DNA from: a virus
Lineage: Duplodnaviria > Caudoviricetes
Length of the DNA stretch: 59,357 nt
Strand: one strand, 5' to 3'
IMG/VR virus record: IMGVR_UViG_3300033148_005636
Coordinates: 1 to 59,357 of that record
Under the pieces are notes generated by a model, which was not told where the DNA came from, searched no databases, and saw only the letters and a program-made list of their open reading frames with translations. Of the stretch, positions 1-9,060 are shown piece after piece. How positions within the stretch are numbered: the stretch's first letter is position 1; each line of letters opens with the position of its first letter. The position numbers were made by a program, and so were the translations under genes.

Positions 1-114
1 CCTCGGCATCGCGAATATCGCCCACCACAAAGCAGGCGAAGCGGTTCGATTTCAGCATTGTAGCGCATTGCGCGACGATCTCGCGATAGGCGATCAAGAA
101 CGTCTCGAAGTCTT
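1..114. repeat. Terminal direct repeat, left copy (circular assembly overlap)
   Basis: Identical to 59244-59357; the methyltransferase reading frame runs through the junction. Confidence 0.97.
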
Positions 115-574
115 CGGCCTGCGACAAGTCGCACGGGTCATCGGAGTAGACTTCCAAGTCGTAGTAGGGCGGGCAGGAGAAAATGAGGTCATATTCGCCG
201 GGGACAAGTTGCGCTATAGCGCGGCTATCGCCGACGACCCATTTAGGCCGTTGCCCGCCGGACGCATCGGCCTCCGTCCCGAGCATTTCGTCCGCCTGCT
301 CTTCATTTGCCTTGATCTGGTGCGCCGATAAGTCAACGCCGACATAGCGCAGCCCGACCTTCGCGGCAACTATCCCCCTCACGGAGCCGCCCGCAAACGG
401 GTCAAGCACGGCCCCTCCTTCCGGGCAAAACCAGCGGTATATGAGTTCGCATAGTACAGGGTCGAAGACGGACGTGCCCGTGGCGGGCACGGTGACGCCC
501 TCGGGCATCGGCCCGCCATCATAGGCCATCCCGGCCTCGCCAAACCGTTCGGGGCCTGCTATCTCAGGATTCAC
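1..574 (-). CDS. DNA amino-methyltransferase catalytic part, 5' portion (continues across the origin to 58993)
   Basis: GGAGG-7nt-GTG start at 574. Translation contains GTSVFDPVLCELIYRWF, motif I LDPFAGGSVRG and motif IV FSCPPYYDLE. In frame with ORF 58993..59340; 274 aa in total. Confidence 0.85.
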   Translation of the reverse strand, partial: MNPEIAGPERFGEAGMAYDGGPMPEGVTVPATGTSVFDPVLCELIYRWFCPEGGAVLDPFAGGSVRGIVAAKVGLRYVGVDLSAHQIKANEEQADEMLGTEADASGGQRPKWVVGDSRAIAQLVPGEYDLIFSCPPYYDLEVYSDDPCDLSQAEDFETFLIAYREIVAQCATMLKSNRFACFVVGDIRDAE

Positions 575-794
575 TTGCCCGCCTCCCGGTCGTGCAGAGC
601 GCCTCCTAAGTTTCTCATTCAATTCTCCCGCCCCCCCCCCGAAGCGTATGCCCTTGCGTCAACCTTTTTCATTGCCGCGCCCCCTCGCGACGATCAAGTG
701 GCATCGGGCCTCCTCCCGGTGCAATGTTCACTGGACGCCCCCCCCGCTTGCGATAGAAGTTCAGGCCCGGCTCCGTAACCTGTTCGGCCTGCAT
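571..794 (-). other. Chain of three coupled mini-ORFs with poly-G tracts inside the split methyltransferase locus
   Basis: Mini-ORFs 794-669 (41 aa), 672-619 (17 aa) and 618-571 (15 aa), joined by TAATG, ATGA, TGAATG and GTGA junctions. Minus-strand G tracts at 804-810 (G7), 738-745 (G8), 680-684 (G5) and 631-640 (G10). Confidence 0.7.
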
Positions 795-1426
795 TAGCAG
801 GTGCCCCCCCTCCCCAATTCCGACCGTATACCTAGCGCGAGCCATGCGCGCTTGCGTTGTTGCCAGTAACCCTGCCGGGCGTCCAACACGGAGAAGGGGG
901 GAATCCCAAAGCGCTCTGCGAGTGCGCCCGTCGGTTTACTTAGCGCATCGCCATCAAGTAGGGCTCCTTGCTGCTCCGCCAACTCCGCCAACCGCGCCTC
1001 GTGTTCCGCTTCCGACCATCCTGTGCCCACAAGGTCGCCGAAGTCGGAGGCCAGCTCTTGCAGGAGGGTGTGCAGGCGCGCTTCGTCGTCCTCGGCGATG
1101 CGACTGACCTCGTTATCCGCTACCATCAGCAGCCGCTCTTCCGCCTCCCCGCCCTCGAACACGTACACGGCCAGCCGGTCCATCCCGAGTTCGCACGCCG
1201 CCTGCACGACTCCGTGCCCCGCGAGAATCGTGCCGTCGGGCCGGATGACGACGTTCTTGTACTGGCCGAGTTCCCGCAGGCTCGCCTTGATGTGGTCTAT
1301 CTGGTCCGCCGGGTGCTTGCGGTAGTTGTCGGGATGCGGCGTCAGTTCGTGCGGGTCCACATGCTGCAGCTTGAGCTTGTCTGCGAGGTGCGTCAGTGCC
1401 GCGGCGTCCGCGCTGTCATCCGCCAT
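794..1426 (-). CDS. ParB/Srx N-terminal domain fused to the N-terminal segment of the methyltransferase
   Basis: LTPHPDNYRKH...IKASLRELG...ILAGHG...ADNE ParB-like motifs, then FGIPPFSVLDARQGYWQQRKRAW, typical of this phage MTase family. RBS AAGGAGG. Confidence 0.85.
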   Translation of the reverse strand: MADDSADAAALTHLADKLKLQHVDPHELTPHPDNYRKHPADQIDHIKASLRELGQYKNVVIRPDGTILAGHGVVQAACELGMDRLAVYVFEGGEAEERLLMVADNEVSRIAEDDEARLHTLLQELASDFGDLVGTGWSEAEHEARLAELAEQQGALLDGDALSKPTGALAERFGIPPFSVLDARQGYWQQRKRAWLALGIRSELGRGGTC

Positions 1427-1451
1427 CGCCATGTCCCTCCTTCGCCAGTTG

Positions 1452-1631
1452 CTAGTGCCCTCGCCTGCCGGGGTCACTCTGCAGGGCCTGCTTGCGGTCC
1501 TCCTCCAGTCGCACCGGCAAGTACCCGCGCCGGTCATGGCCGCATCGTGGGCACCAGGCGGTTCCTTTAGTGAACTCGGCGCAGCGCGTGCACCACGTGT
1601 ACATCGCCGTCCGCTTCTTCCTCTCGGCCAT
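1452..1631 (-). CDS. Small zinc-ribbon protein
   Basis: CTRC...CPRC; RBS GAGGAGG before MAERKK. Confidence 0.6.
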   Translation of the reverse strand: MAERKKRTAMYTWCTRCAEFTKGTAWCPRCGHDRRGYLPVRLEEDRKQALQSDPGRRGH

Positions 1632-1654
1632 TGTAGCCTCCTCTCGCCGGGCAA

Positions 1655-2059
1655 TCAAGCCTCCGCGTCCTCGTCATCCTCCAGCGCCGCCGCGATTGCC
1701 TCGATAGCGCGTTCGATGGCGATGTCCCACAGCCCGCGCAGCATCTCCCGGCTCTCAGGGCCTACGGCGGTCAGCGCCTGCTCGAATACGGCTTCCGCGT
1801 CGGCGAGCCGCACGTGCAGCAGCTCGTGGCGGATGGTCTGCCGCACCACCCGCTCGTCGCCGTAGACGCCCACGTGCACCTCGGCGCTCTGGTCCTTCAG
1901 CGCGGTCTTCGCGACCCCGCCCAGGATCACGCGCCCATAATCGCCCAGATCCGGGTGGACATGATCGGCCCGGTGGGTGTGGACGCTGAGCGCCCAATCC
2001 TCCAGCCGCAGGCGTCGTTGCCATCGGCACAGGTAGCGATAGGCGTCTCGCGCTCTCAT
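1655..2059 (-). CDS. Hypothetical protein with HExxH metallopeptidase-like motif
   Basis: TIRHELLH motif; start inferred at MRARDAY. Confidence 0.6.
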   Translation of the reverse strand: MRARDAYRYLCRWQRRLRLEDWALSVHTHRADHVHPDLGDYGRVILGGVAKTALKDQSAEVHVGVYGDERVVRQTIRHELLHVRLADAEAVFEQALTAVGPESREMLRGLWDIAIERAIEAIAAALEDDEDAEA

Positions 2060-2353
2060 GGTCCTCCCCGCCGCACGCGCAGGATGGCCGCAGTCAGAGA
2101 GCGCTGCCACGCCCACCGGCGTTTCCATGCCTCGCGCTTTGCTTTGTCGCGTCGCGCATTCCTTCGGCCTCGCTCACGTCCATCGACTTTCATGCTCCTC
2201 GCCCCTTCTTGCGCTGCCTGTTCACGCGCGCCCAGCACGTCGGGCAGGCCCTGAGCACCGTCCCCGCGCTGACCAGATAGGGGCGCAGCGTGTCAGGGTG
2301 CACTTCGCGCCTGCACATCTCGCACGTCGCCGTCTCGGCCTTCCGCTGAAGGG

Positions 2354-2614
2354 TCACTGGTCCTCACCCTCCCCGTCCGTCAGCGCGCGGGCCAAGCGTT
2401 CGGCGACCTCGGCGCGGTCGGGCGGCATGCGCCGCAGGATATTGAATGCGCGCTCCAGCGCCGCACGCAGTGCCTCGCACTCCCTCTCCAGCTCCGCTAC
2501 GCACGCGCGCAACGCCTCGCGCTCCTTCAGCAACTCTGCCAGCCCCTGCCGCAAGGCGTCGTGCTCCCGGTACACCCCCGCCTTCTTCTTCACCACGACC
2601 TCCCGGTCAGTCAT
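2354..2614 (-). CDS. Hypothetical coiled-coil protein
   Basis: Heptad-like sequence; GGAGGG RBS; overlaps the upstream gene stop. Confidence 0.6.
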   Translation of the reverse strand: MTDREVVVKKKAGVYREHDALRQGLAELLKEREALRACVAELERECEALRAALERAFNILRRMPPDRAEVAERLARALTDGEGEDQ

Positions 2615-2921
2615 TTTGCCCTCCAAACCGCCCGAACTTCAACCAGGGCAGGTACTGCGGCATGTACCACGGCGACTCCAGAGTCTGCCGCATCGCATTC
2701 GCCCGCTCACCGGGCTCACCACGAATCTGGTAGGCCCGGTGCCGCCAGTTTCTAAGCGGGTATTCTACAACGTCTTGCCAGGCACCACAGCGTGTGCATC
2801 GCAACTGTCGCCTCGTGTAGCTCCGAGAACATCGAAACCGGAAGCTTTGCAAGTAATCAGGATAGGCAGGATAGACGCGCCACCTGTGCCCAAGCAACCG
2901 GCACAACAGTCTGCGAAGCAT
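2607..2921 (-). CDS. Hypothetical protein (DUF1660-like CxxxGHxW start)
   Basis: MLRRLLCRLLGHRW...CTRCG; TGATG coupling with the upstream gene. Confidence 0.55.
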   Translation of the reverse strand: MLRRLLCRLLGHRWRVYPAYPDYLQSFRFRCSRSYTRRQLRCTRCGAWQDVVEYPLRNWRHRAYQIRGEPGERANAMRQTLESPWYMPQYLPWLKFGRFGGQND

Positions 2922-3235
2922 CACTCTCGCCCCCCCGCCCCGTCCGCCCTCTGCGCTTGCGATGATAACCACTCGCCAAGGCGCCGCGTCGTGAGTGCGT
3001 CGATGCACATCGTATCCGGCCACAAACTACCTGTGGTCAGCAACCGCCAGACCAGCCGCAGACGCTCGCCCGGACTGGGATGTCGCCGAGGGTGGCCGGA
3101 CACGTACAGCAGGCCCCCGAATTGTGGCTCATCGCTCACCTGAAAGCGCAAGTCGCAGCACTCGGACGCGCAATCGCAAGTCACGATGGCGCGCGGTGTG
3201 CCGACCCCATCATCGTCGCACAGGTAGAAGCTCAT
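2921..3235 (-). CDS. Hypothetical protein
   Basis: GGAGGG RBS, Cys-rich N-terminus, fits the gene tiling. Confidence 0.55.
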   Translation of the reverse strand: MSFYLCDDDGVGTPRAIVTCDCASECCDLRFQVSDEPQFGGLLYVSGHPRRHPSPGERLRLVWRLLTTGSLWPDTMCIDALTTRRLGEWLSSQAQRADGAGGRE

Positions 3236-3267
3236 AGCATACCCTCCGCTCGCTTATGTGCCCGCCC

Positions 3268-3957
3268 TTACGCCCATGCCTTCTCGCGGAACTCCCACAC
3301 AATTCCCAGCGCATCCTCGCCCGTCACGTCGATATGCTCTATGCGTCCGGCCTTCGCGTCGGAAAACAGATCCTTGCAGGCCGTCTCGACCTGGTAGGCG
3401 GTCCAGCCAGGATGCTCGTCCTCGCCGCGACCTATATCGCCCAGCAGGAATGCTCGCCGACAGCGCGCGAACTGCATCAGCGCGTACGCCTCCGCCTCGT
3501 CCTCCTGATCCGGCGCGTTCGGCCAGTGGCGCTCGATGAACCTGCCCATGCCCGCCTTCTCCGCATCTCCGCGCCCAGTTACGAACTTCTTAAGCTGTGC
3601 GGGCGTCGGGAGCATAATGTGTAGCCGAGGCTCGACGTACTCGCCACGACCCTCCCGCACCGTTTCGATGATGGCGTTGAACGCGCCCTCGACAACCGCC
3701 CACTGGAGGGCCACGTTCTTCTCAGCCGCCCCGCGCATCCCCGTCAGCCGTTCCGTCGCCACCACGCATAGCCCTTGGCACGGCTTCACCATCACACGGA
3801 CGTAATCACGCACATGTGCCAGCATCCCCACACAGTACAGGTCGCCCGCCCTCGGCCTCCTGATGGACTCAATGCGTTCGGTGCCATCCGCATCGAGCCT
3901 CGCGAACGCCGTCCGCGTCATCGACGTGTCTATACCCATAGCCTCAGTCGGCCCCAT
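3268..3957 (-). CDS. RuvC-like Holliday junction resolvase
   Basis: MGIDTSMTRTA (catalytic Asp), PTPAQLKKFVTGRGDAEK and DEAEAYAL match phage RuvC-like motifs. Confidence 0.8.
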   Translation of the reverse strand: MGPTEAMGIDTSMTRTAFARLDADGTERIESIRRPRAGDLYCVGMLAHVRDYVRVMVKPCQGLCVVATERLTGMRGAAEKNVALQWAVVEGAFNAIIETVREGRGEYVEPRLHIMLPTPAQLKKFVTGRGDAEKAGMGRFIERHWPNAPDQEDEAEAYALMQFARCRRAFLLGDIGRGEDEHPGWTAYQVETACKDLFSDAKAGRIEHIDVTGEDALGIVWEFREKAWA

Positions 3958-3962
3958 TGCTC

Positions 3963-4193
3963 CTACCTCCCATGCCCGTCAGCTTCCTCCCATTCATCAA
4001 GCGCCGCGTGCGCGGCGTCCGACAGCCTCATCCCGAACTCCCGCGCCCGCGGACCGAAACCGTTGTCCGGCGGCACCACGAGGCCGACCCCTCGCGCGAC
4101 CGCCTCCGGCACGCGCACGACCACCTCAAGGCCGGGATACTTACAGCGCCCCGACTTCCCGTTGATGCTGATCCTCAACTCTCGCTCTCCCAT
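3963..4193 (-). CDS. Hypothetical protein
   Basis: MGERELRISING..., coupled to the upstream gene. Confidence 0.5.
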   Translation of the reverse strand: MGERELRISINGKSGRCKYPGLEVVVRVPEAVARGVGLVVPPDNGFGPRAREFGMRLSDAAHAALDEWEEADGHGR

Positions 4194-4615
4194 CACGTTC
4201 CTCTCCTTTGTTTGATGGACTGTGCCGCAGTCAACCCCTCCGCCATCACTTGCGCCGCGACCGCCATGCGCTCCTCCGCGCTCATCTTCGCCTCCGCCAG
4301 TGCCAGCCTCCGGCGCAGCCGATGGATGGTCAGACGCTGCCCGAGCAGGCGAGCGCGCAGTTCGTCTATCTGCCGCCACGTGCACTCGTCGGTGCTGTAC
4401 GCTTCGCCGCTCTCCGTCACCCCAACGGCGGCCCCACACCATCGGCAGTACGCGCGCCCGCCACGGCGCACGAACAGGCGGATGATGGAGCCTCCGTTCT
4501 TCGTCCGCCAGTCATCCGGCGCACCGAGGGCGTGGCTCGCCCCGTACCACGTCAGCCCACACGGGCAGCGGGCCGGAATGTCGAACTTGGCGGCGGCCTC
4601 GGGAATCATCAACAC
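4193..4615 (-). CDS. Hypothetical Zn-binding protein
   Basis: CPCG, CRWC and a C-terminal coiled coil. Confidence 0.55.
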   Translation of the reverse strand: MLMIPEAAAKFDIPARCPCGLTWYGASHALGAPDDWRTKNGGSIIRLFVRRGGRAYCRWCGAAVGVTESGEAYSTDECTWRQIDELRARLLGQRLTIHRLRRRLALAEAKMSAEERMAVAAQVMAEGLTAAQSIKQRRGT

Positions 4616-4818
4616 CCCTCCCCTTCTGCTATCGCCCGGTCCACCTTCGCCATGATCTCGCGCATCTCGTTCTCGGCGAAGAGCGCGATTGTGTGTGCGT
4701 CAAACTCCCGCCCGGTCTCAGCGCGCCGCGCGCTGAGCTTGAGCCGGGCGATTCGGTGGCAGGCAATGATCAGCCCGCTCACGGCACGCATCCGGTCCGT
4801 CTCCGTCACCACGATCAT
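4609..4818 (-). CDS. Hypothetical protein
   Basis: MIVVTETDR..., ATGA overlap with the upstream gene. Confidence 0.5.
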   Translation of the reverse strand: MIVVTETDRMRAVSGLIIACHRIARLKLSARRAETGREFDAHTIALFAENEMREIMAKVDRAIAEGEGC

Positions 4819-5273
4819 CCCTTTCGGCGCGTCTCGTGAGTGTCGTCCATCTCGTCGCGCACGACCTCGAAGTGCAGCAGGTAGAGCCGGGCACGGTATT
4901 CCAACATGCGAGGGCAGTGCAGCTCCGCGAATCTGCGCAGGCACTCGACGGGCGTAACGCTCGGCTGCCACGGTGTGAGCCCCCACGGTGGGGGGCGGAA
5001 CCCATCGGCGTAGGCGAACTCGTCCGTCATCATCCGTTCGTGGCTGATGACCTCGCTCTTCGTAAACCGCACCCACAGCGGGATGCGCTTGCCACCGACC
5101 GTGACCTGGGCGATGGTGCCGGGCCTGCGGCGCTGCCCGCGCACGGTGTGCGTCTTCTCGCCCGAGCGGATGAGCGGGATGGGGTCGTAACAGAAGGCCG
5201 GATCGGGCGTCATCGGGATCGTGCGTACTGCCCACCACAGGGCCTCGATGATGTCGGGCGGCCAGTCACACAT
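4815..5273 (-). CDS. ASCH-domain-like protein, paralog 2
   Basis: IRSGEKTHTVR and FAYADGF are ASCH-like motifs; near-duplicate of 7675-8139. Confidence 0.75.
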   Translation of the reverse strand: MCDWPPDIIEALWWAVRTIPMTPDPAFCYDPIPLIRSGEKTHTVRGQRRRPGTIAQVTVGGKRIPLWVRFTKSEVISHERMMTDEFAYADGFRPPPWGLTPWQPSVTPVECLRRFAELHCPRMLEYRARLYLLHFEVVRDEMDDTHETRRKG

Positions 5274-5443
5274 CAGCTTTCGCCCTGCCTCTGTACGACC
5301 GCGCATAGCCCGGCGCCGAGTACGAAGCCTGCGACCCATGCCACCTCCGCAGGCACGCCCGGTTGTGCAACCAGCCAAATGCAGCCCGCGATGATGAGCC
5401 CAAACAATAGGCCTATGCCCACCAGACAACCAGCGTCATGCAT
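5273..5443 (-). CDS. Small two-TM membrane protein, paralog 3 (not in ORF track)
   Basis: Hand translation MHDAGCLVGIGLLFGLIIAGCIWLVAQPGVPAEVAWVAGFVLGAGLCAVVQRQGES; paralog of 5436-5642 and 8136-8303. Confidence 0.75.
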   Translation of the reverse strand: MHDAGCLVGIGLLFGLIIAGCIWLVAQPGVPAEVAWVAGFVLGAGLCAVVQRQGES

Positions 5444-5642
5444 CGTCGTCACCCCTCTCTGCCGCCGCGAGGGCAGCTATGTTCCTGCCTATCAACACGC
5501 CGATGCCCGTACCGACGACGAGACCTATGACCCATGCCACCTCCGCAGGCACGCCCAGGTGTGCAATCAACCAGGCGCACTCCGCGATAATGAGCCCAAA
5601 CAATACCGCTACGGCCACCAGACGGCCCGTGTCATGCATCAT
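5436..5642 (-). CDS. Small two-TM membrane protein, paralog 2
   Basis: Two hydrophobic helices around GVPAEVAW. Confidence 0.75.
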   Translation of the reverse strand: MMHDTGRLVAVAVLFGLIIAECAWLIAHLGVPAEVAWVIGLVVGTGIGVLIGRNIAALAAAERGDDDA

Positions 5643-6439
5643 CAGTCGCCTCCTCCTGCCGCCCTCCCCGTCGTCTCCCGCACCATCGCCTCCGGCCAGC
5701 GCTGCATCAGCAGCCGCGTCGTCATTGCTTGCAAGTTGTCCTTCTCAAACAGCGGAACACCGTTTACAGCGGTGGATAGGCCAAGCCGCGTAACCCACCG
5801 GTCATCCGGCAGAACCGCCCCCGGCCCCGTCTGCGCGCCGATTATCACCCACCTGACCTCTCGCGGGATCGACTCGCCGATAGGCCCGAGCAGCGGCTCG
5901 GCGCTGATGATCGGCTCGAACGGATGTCTGTCCCCAACGCTCCCGCAGTCCCACCGCAGCAGCAGTTCATCCACGCGCCACCAGTCTGGCTGAGACGTCA
6001 CGCTGACCCCAAGCCAGAGGTTCAGATCGTCGGAGAAGCGCACAAGCTCCTCCGCGTCGATCAGGTCCGGGCGCTTGGTCAGCACCACGTAGTGATGCCA
6101 CGGCGCCGCGCGCATCGCGTCCCACACCCGCTCGCGCTCCACGGCGGTCAGCTCCGGGTCGAACATCTCGCCCATGCTGCCGCAGAACACGATGCGCGGG
6201 CTCTTCACCTTCGCGGGCTGGTCGAGCCGCTCGGGATGCAGGTGCGGGACGAACTCGTAGCAGAGTTGGCAGCCGTAGGTGGTGCCGTCGGCGCGCACGC
6301 CCGGCTTGAACCGATGCCGCATCCTGTACGCGTAGCACCAGCCCTCTGGCAGCTCCGGCGTCGCCCCACACCTCTCGCTGCATCCCGCCCCCAGCGGGTT
6401 CCACGTGTAGTCACACCACTCGATGCCCGTCCGGTTCAT
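5642..6439 (-). CDS. Phage Gp37/Gp68 (DUF5131) family, radical-SAM-like protein
   Basis: TGIEWCDYTWNP, CYAY, VFCGSMGEMF, LTKRP, WLGVSV, SAEPLLGPI and WVIIGAQTG signature blocks. Confidence 0.88.
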   Translation of the reverse strand: MNRTGIEWCDYTWNPLGAGCSERCGATPELPEGWCYAYRMRHRFKPGVRADGTTYGCQLCYEFVPHLHPERLDQPAKVKSPRIVFCGSMGEMFDPELTAVERERVWDAMRAAPWHHYVVLTKRPDLIDAEELVRFSDDLNLWLGVSVTSQPDWWRVDELLLRWDCGSVGDRHPFEPIISAEPLLGPIGESIPREVRWVIIGAQTGPGAVLPDDRWVTRLGLSTAVNGVPLFEKDNLQAMTTRLLMQRWPEAMVRETTGRAAGGGD

Positions 6440-6743
6440 GATGCACCTCCTCCGCCGTCGTCACGCCTTGCGCCCTCCGGCGCTCGCACAGACCAGCCAT
6501 CGCTCGTTCCTGCCAAAGCTCTTCCGCGCGTTGCCTGATGACCTCGCTTCGCACGTTCCTCTCGAACGCTGGCATCCCGGTGCGCAGCACATCGAGAGCC
6601 AGCTCCCACGCACCTTCGTCGAGGTGTCGCATCAGGAGTCCGATAGCGCCCCGGACCCGCTCGGCTACCAGATCGCGAAGTGCGCCCTCTTCGTACTCCA
6701 GCGTTGCCTGGTCAATGGCTATTTCGCGTTGTCTACTCTGCAT
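6411..6743 (-). CDS. Hypothetical protein, paralog of 9050-9475
   Basis: MQSRQREIAIDQA...LRDLVAERVRGA shared with the paralog, as is the upstream RBS context. Confidence 0.7.
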   Translation of the reverse strand: MQSRQREIAIDQATLEYEEGALRDLVAERVRGAIGLLMRHLDEGAWELALDVLRTGMPAFERNVRSEVIRQRAEELWQERAMAGLCERRRAQGVTTAEEVHHEPDGHRVV

Positions 6744-6846
6744 TCTCGCGCCCCTCCATGAAGTCAGTAGCGCTGGTCCGTACCGCCATACTCGCGCGTC
6801 CTGGCCGACACGCTCGCTCGGTTTCGTCCATCGGGGCATAAGCGGG

Positions 6847-7446
6847 TCACCCTGAGACGGAGTTGGCGATTACGCGCGCCTCGATCTCAACGTACTGGCG
6901 CAGCCGCGGACTCTCACCGCGCCAGCGGGACGGCTCGCCGGTCGCCTGTGCCTCCTCCAGCAGCGCCCGGAGCCCACCGTCGCATTCGAAGCCCCATAGC
7001 AGTTGCTGGCAGCGGACGGCGACCGTCGGCCACGGGCCAGCCACGATGTGCAGCACCTCGCCGCCCCCCTCCTGCACCTTCTCCAGCCGCACTACGACTC
7101 GTGGCGGGATGAGCTTTGTGGGCGGCCAGGTATAGCCCGCGCGCCGGCCCCGCTCCGCGATGATGTCCTGGATGTCGCGGCGGGGAATGAACTCTGTGCA
7201 GCGCAGGCCCCATGGCGGGGCCGTCACGTCCGCGAGGACGTGCGGGTCGGGCTTGCCCAGAGCAGCCATGCGGAAGATGATCGCGCAGCCGTGCCACTCG
7301 CCGGGCGAGAGCCCCGGCACCTCGCCGTCCATCACGGACGCCATGGCGGCATCGTAGGCGCAGAGGTCGCAATGCCAGTACTCGAAGTTATCGCAGAATT
7401 CCGAGCCGCACGCGAAGCGCGCAGGCTGGATCACGCGGTCACTCAC
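6847..7446 (-). CDS. Hypothetical protein
   Basis: FACGSEF...WHCDLC Cys-rich N-terminus; fits the tiling. Confidence 0.6.
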   Translation of the reverse strand: MSDRVIQPARFACGSEFCDNFEYWHCDLCAYDAAMASVMDGEVPGLSPGEWHGCAIIFRMAALGKPDPHVLADVTAPPWGLRCTEFIPRRDIQDIIAERGRRAGYTWPPTKLIPPRVVVRLEKVQEGGGEVLHIVAGPWPTVAVRCQQLLWGFECDGGLRALLEEAQATGEPSRWRGESPRLRQYVEIEARVIANSVSG

Positions 7447-7678
7447 GCTCGCTCGCCTCCTGGCCCACTACGGGCTCCTCGTCGGCCACTCGATCAACGG
7501 CGAGCATCGCCAGCGCCGTAAGCGCGTGGCCGATGGCGCCGGTAGCCAGTTGGGCCGCGCGCTCCAGATATTCACATTCAGCGGCGTACTCCGCATGGCT
7601 CATGTACACGCACGCCTGTTCCGCGTGCTTCTCGGGCGTCCAGACGACGTTACCGACCTGCCTCTCCACGGCCCTCAC
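7439..7678 (-). CDS. Hypothetical protein
   Basis: GTGA overlap with the upstream gene; helical, protein-like composition. Confidence 0.55.
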   Translation of the reverse strand: MRAVERQVGNVVWTPEKHAEQACVYMSHAEYAAECEYLERAAQLATGAIGHALTALAMLAVDRVADEEPVVGQEASERE

Positions 7679-8139
7679 CTCTTTCGATATGTTCCATCAC
7701 TGTCGTCCATGCCATCCCGCACGACCTCGAAATGGAGCAGCCACTGCGGGCGCGGTCCACGTCGCAGACGCGTGTGTTGTACGAAGAACTCGCGCAGGCA
7801 CTCGCTCGGAGTCCGCACCGCGCCGCCGGGCTGCTCCGTGCCTTCGCGCCAGCCCGGCGGTCGGAACCCGTCCGCCCAGGCGAAGTCGTCGGTCATCATG
7901 CGCTCGCGCTCGATAACCTCGCGGCCCGTGAAGCGCACCCACAACGGGATGCGCTTGCCACCGACCGTGACCTGCGCGATGCTGCCGGGCCTGCGCGGCT
8001 GCCCGCGCACGGTGTGCGTCTTCTCGCCCGCGCGAATGAGCAGGATGGGATTGTAGGCGAGTTCCGGGGCGGGCGTCATCGGAATGGTGCGCACGCCCCA
8101 CCACAGGGCCTCGATGGTGTCGGGTGGCCAGTTACTCAT
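7675..8139 (-). CDS. ASCH-domain-like protein, paralog 1
   Basis: IRAGEKTHTVR, FAWADGF. Confidence 0.75.
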   Translation of the reverse strand: MSNWPPDTIEALWWGVRTIPMTPAPELAYNPILLIRAGEKTHTVRGQPRRPGSIAQVTVGGKRIPLWVRFTGREVIERERMMTDDFAWADGFRPPGWREGTEQPGGAVRTPSECLREFFVQHTRLRRGPRPQWLLHFEVVRDGMDDSDGTYRKR

Positions 8140-8303
8140 GAGCCTTCGCCCCCTCTGCCTATCAATGTGCCGATGCCCGCACCGATGACGAGTCCCATGA
8201 CCCATGCCACCGCCGCGGGCGCGCCCGGTTGCGCGAATATCCACATCCCGCCCGCGATGACGAGCCCGAGCAGCGCGCCCAGCAGACAGCCAGCGTCATG
8301 CAT
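8136..8303 (-). CDS. Small two-TM membrane protein, paralog 1
   Basis: MHDAGCLLGALLGLVIAGG...; paralog of the two genes at 5273-5642. Confidence 0.75.
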   Translation of the reverse strand: MHDAGCLLGALLGLVIAGGMWIFAQPGAPAAVAWVMGLVIGAGIGTLIGRGGEGS

Positions 8304-9060
8304 CGTCGTCACCCTCCCCCGCCGCCGCAAGGGCGGATAGCAGGGCGTGCCTGCTCTTCGGGAAGGACGTTACGGTTGGCAGCACACCACCCCGGAACTC
8401 CACGTCCGCGAACAGCCCGTCCCTACCGTTGATGCCACGCTCTTCCATGATTTCCCTAAGCCACACCAACAACTCACGTGCCAACTCCTCATTCTCCGCT
8501 GCCACACTCGCAGCGTACTCCACTGCCGCTGCTCGTGCGTGCGGATCCTCGTCGAGGCGGAGGACGAAGTAGCGGGCCTTGGAGTCGGTCGGCGAACCGT
8601 CGGCCTTGCGGATGTCAAACTTGCGGGTGAGACCACCGACCATGTAGCCCGGCTTCTTATCCTCTGGCAGGCTCCGCCCCTTACTCTCCACTGCCACGCG
8701 CGACAGCACCTCCTCCGCCGCCCCGAGAGCAGCCCGCGCGATACACGTCGCGCACTCTCCACCGGGGCCGCTATCAGGCCCTTCATAGGGACACGTCTCG
8801 GGACTCCACGGCGGCGGACAGTGGCGGTCCTGCAACAGCCAGTCAATGACGCGCTCCAGGGCCGCACGCGGCACCATGTCCTCCACAACCGCGTGACCGT
8901 CAACGACGGACAGGCGAGCACCGCAGGTCGGGCAACAGCACATGGCACCGGCAGGTATGCACCACGTCTCGGGCGCGTCGAGGCCCGGCACCCGCACCCG
9001 CCACCACGAATCGCCAATCGGCCCAACCTGGTCCAGCTTGTGACACCACTCATGCATCAT
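8296..9060 (-). CDS. Hypothetical multi-domain protein
   Basis: Cys clusters, then KFDIRKADGSPTD...YFVLRLDEDPHARAA, a module I recognise from other phage proteins. Confidence 0.65.
   Translation of the reverse strand: MMHEWCHKLDQVGPIGDSWWRVRVPGLDAPETWCIPAGAMCCCPTCGARLSVVDGHAVVEDMVPRAALERVIDWLLQDRHCPPPWSPETCPYEGPDSGPGGECATCIARAALGAAEEVLSRVAVESKGRSLPEDKKPGYMVGGLTRKFDIRKADGSPTDSKARYFVLRLDEDPHARAAAVEYAASVAAENEELARELLVWLREIMEERGINGRDGLFADVEFRGGVLPTVTSFPKSRHALLSALAAAGEGDDDA

Noticed and set aside
4815-8139. Paralogous repeats as a diversity-generating retroelement (TR/VR pair)
   Set aside because: No reverse transcriptase is present, and both copies are intact genes whose differences do not look adenine-specific.
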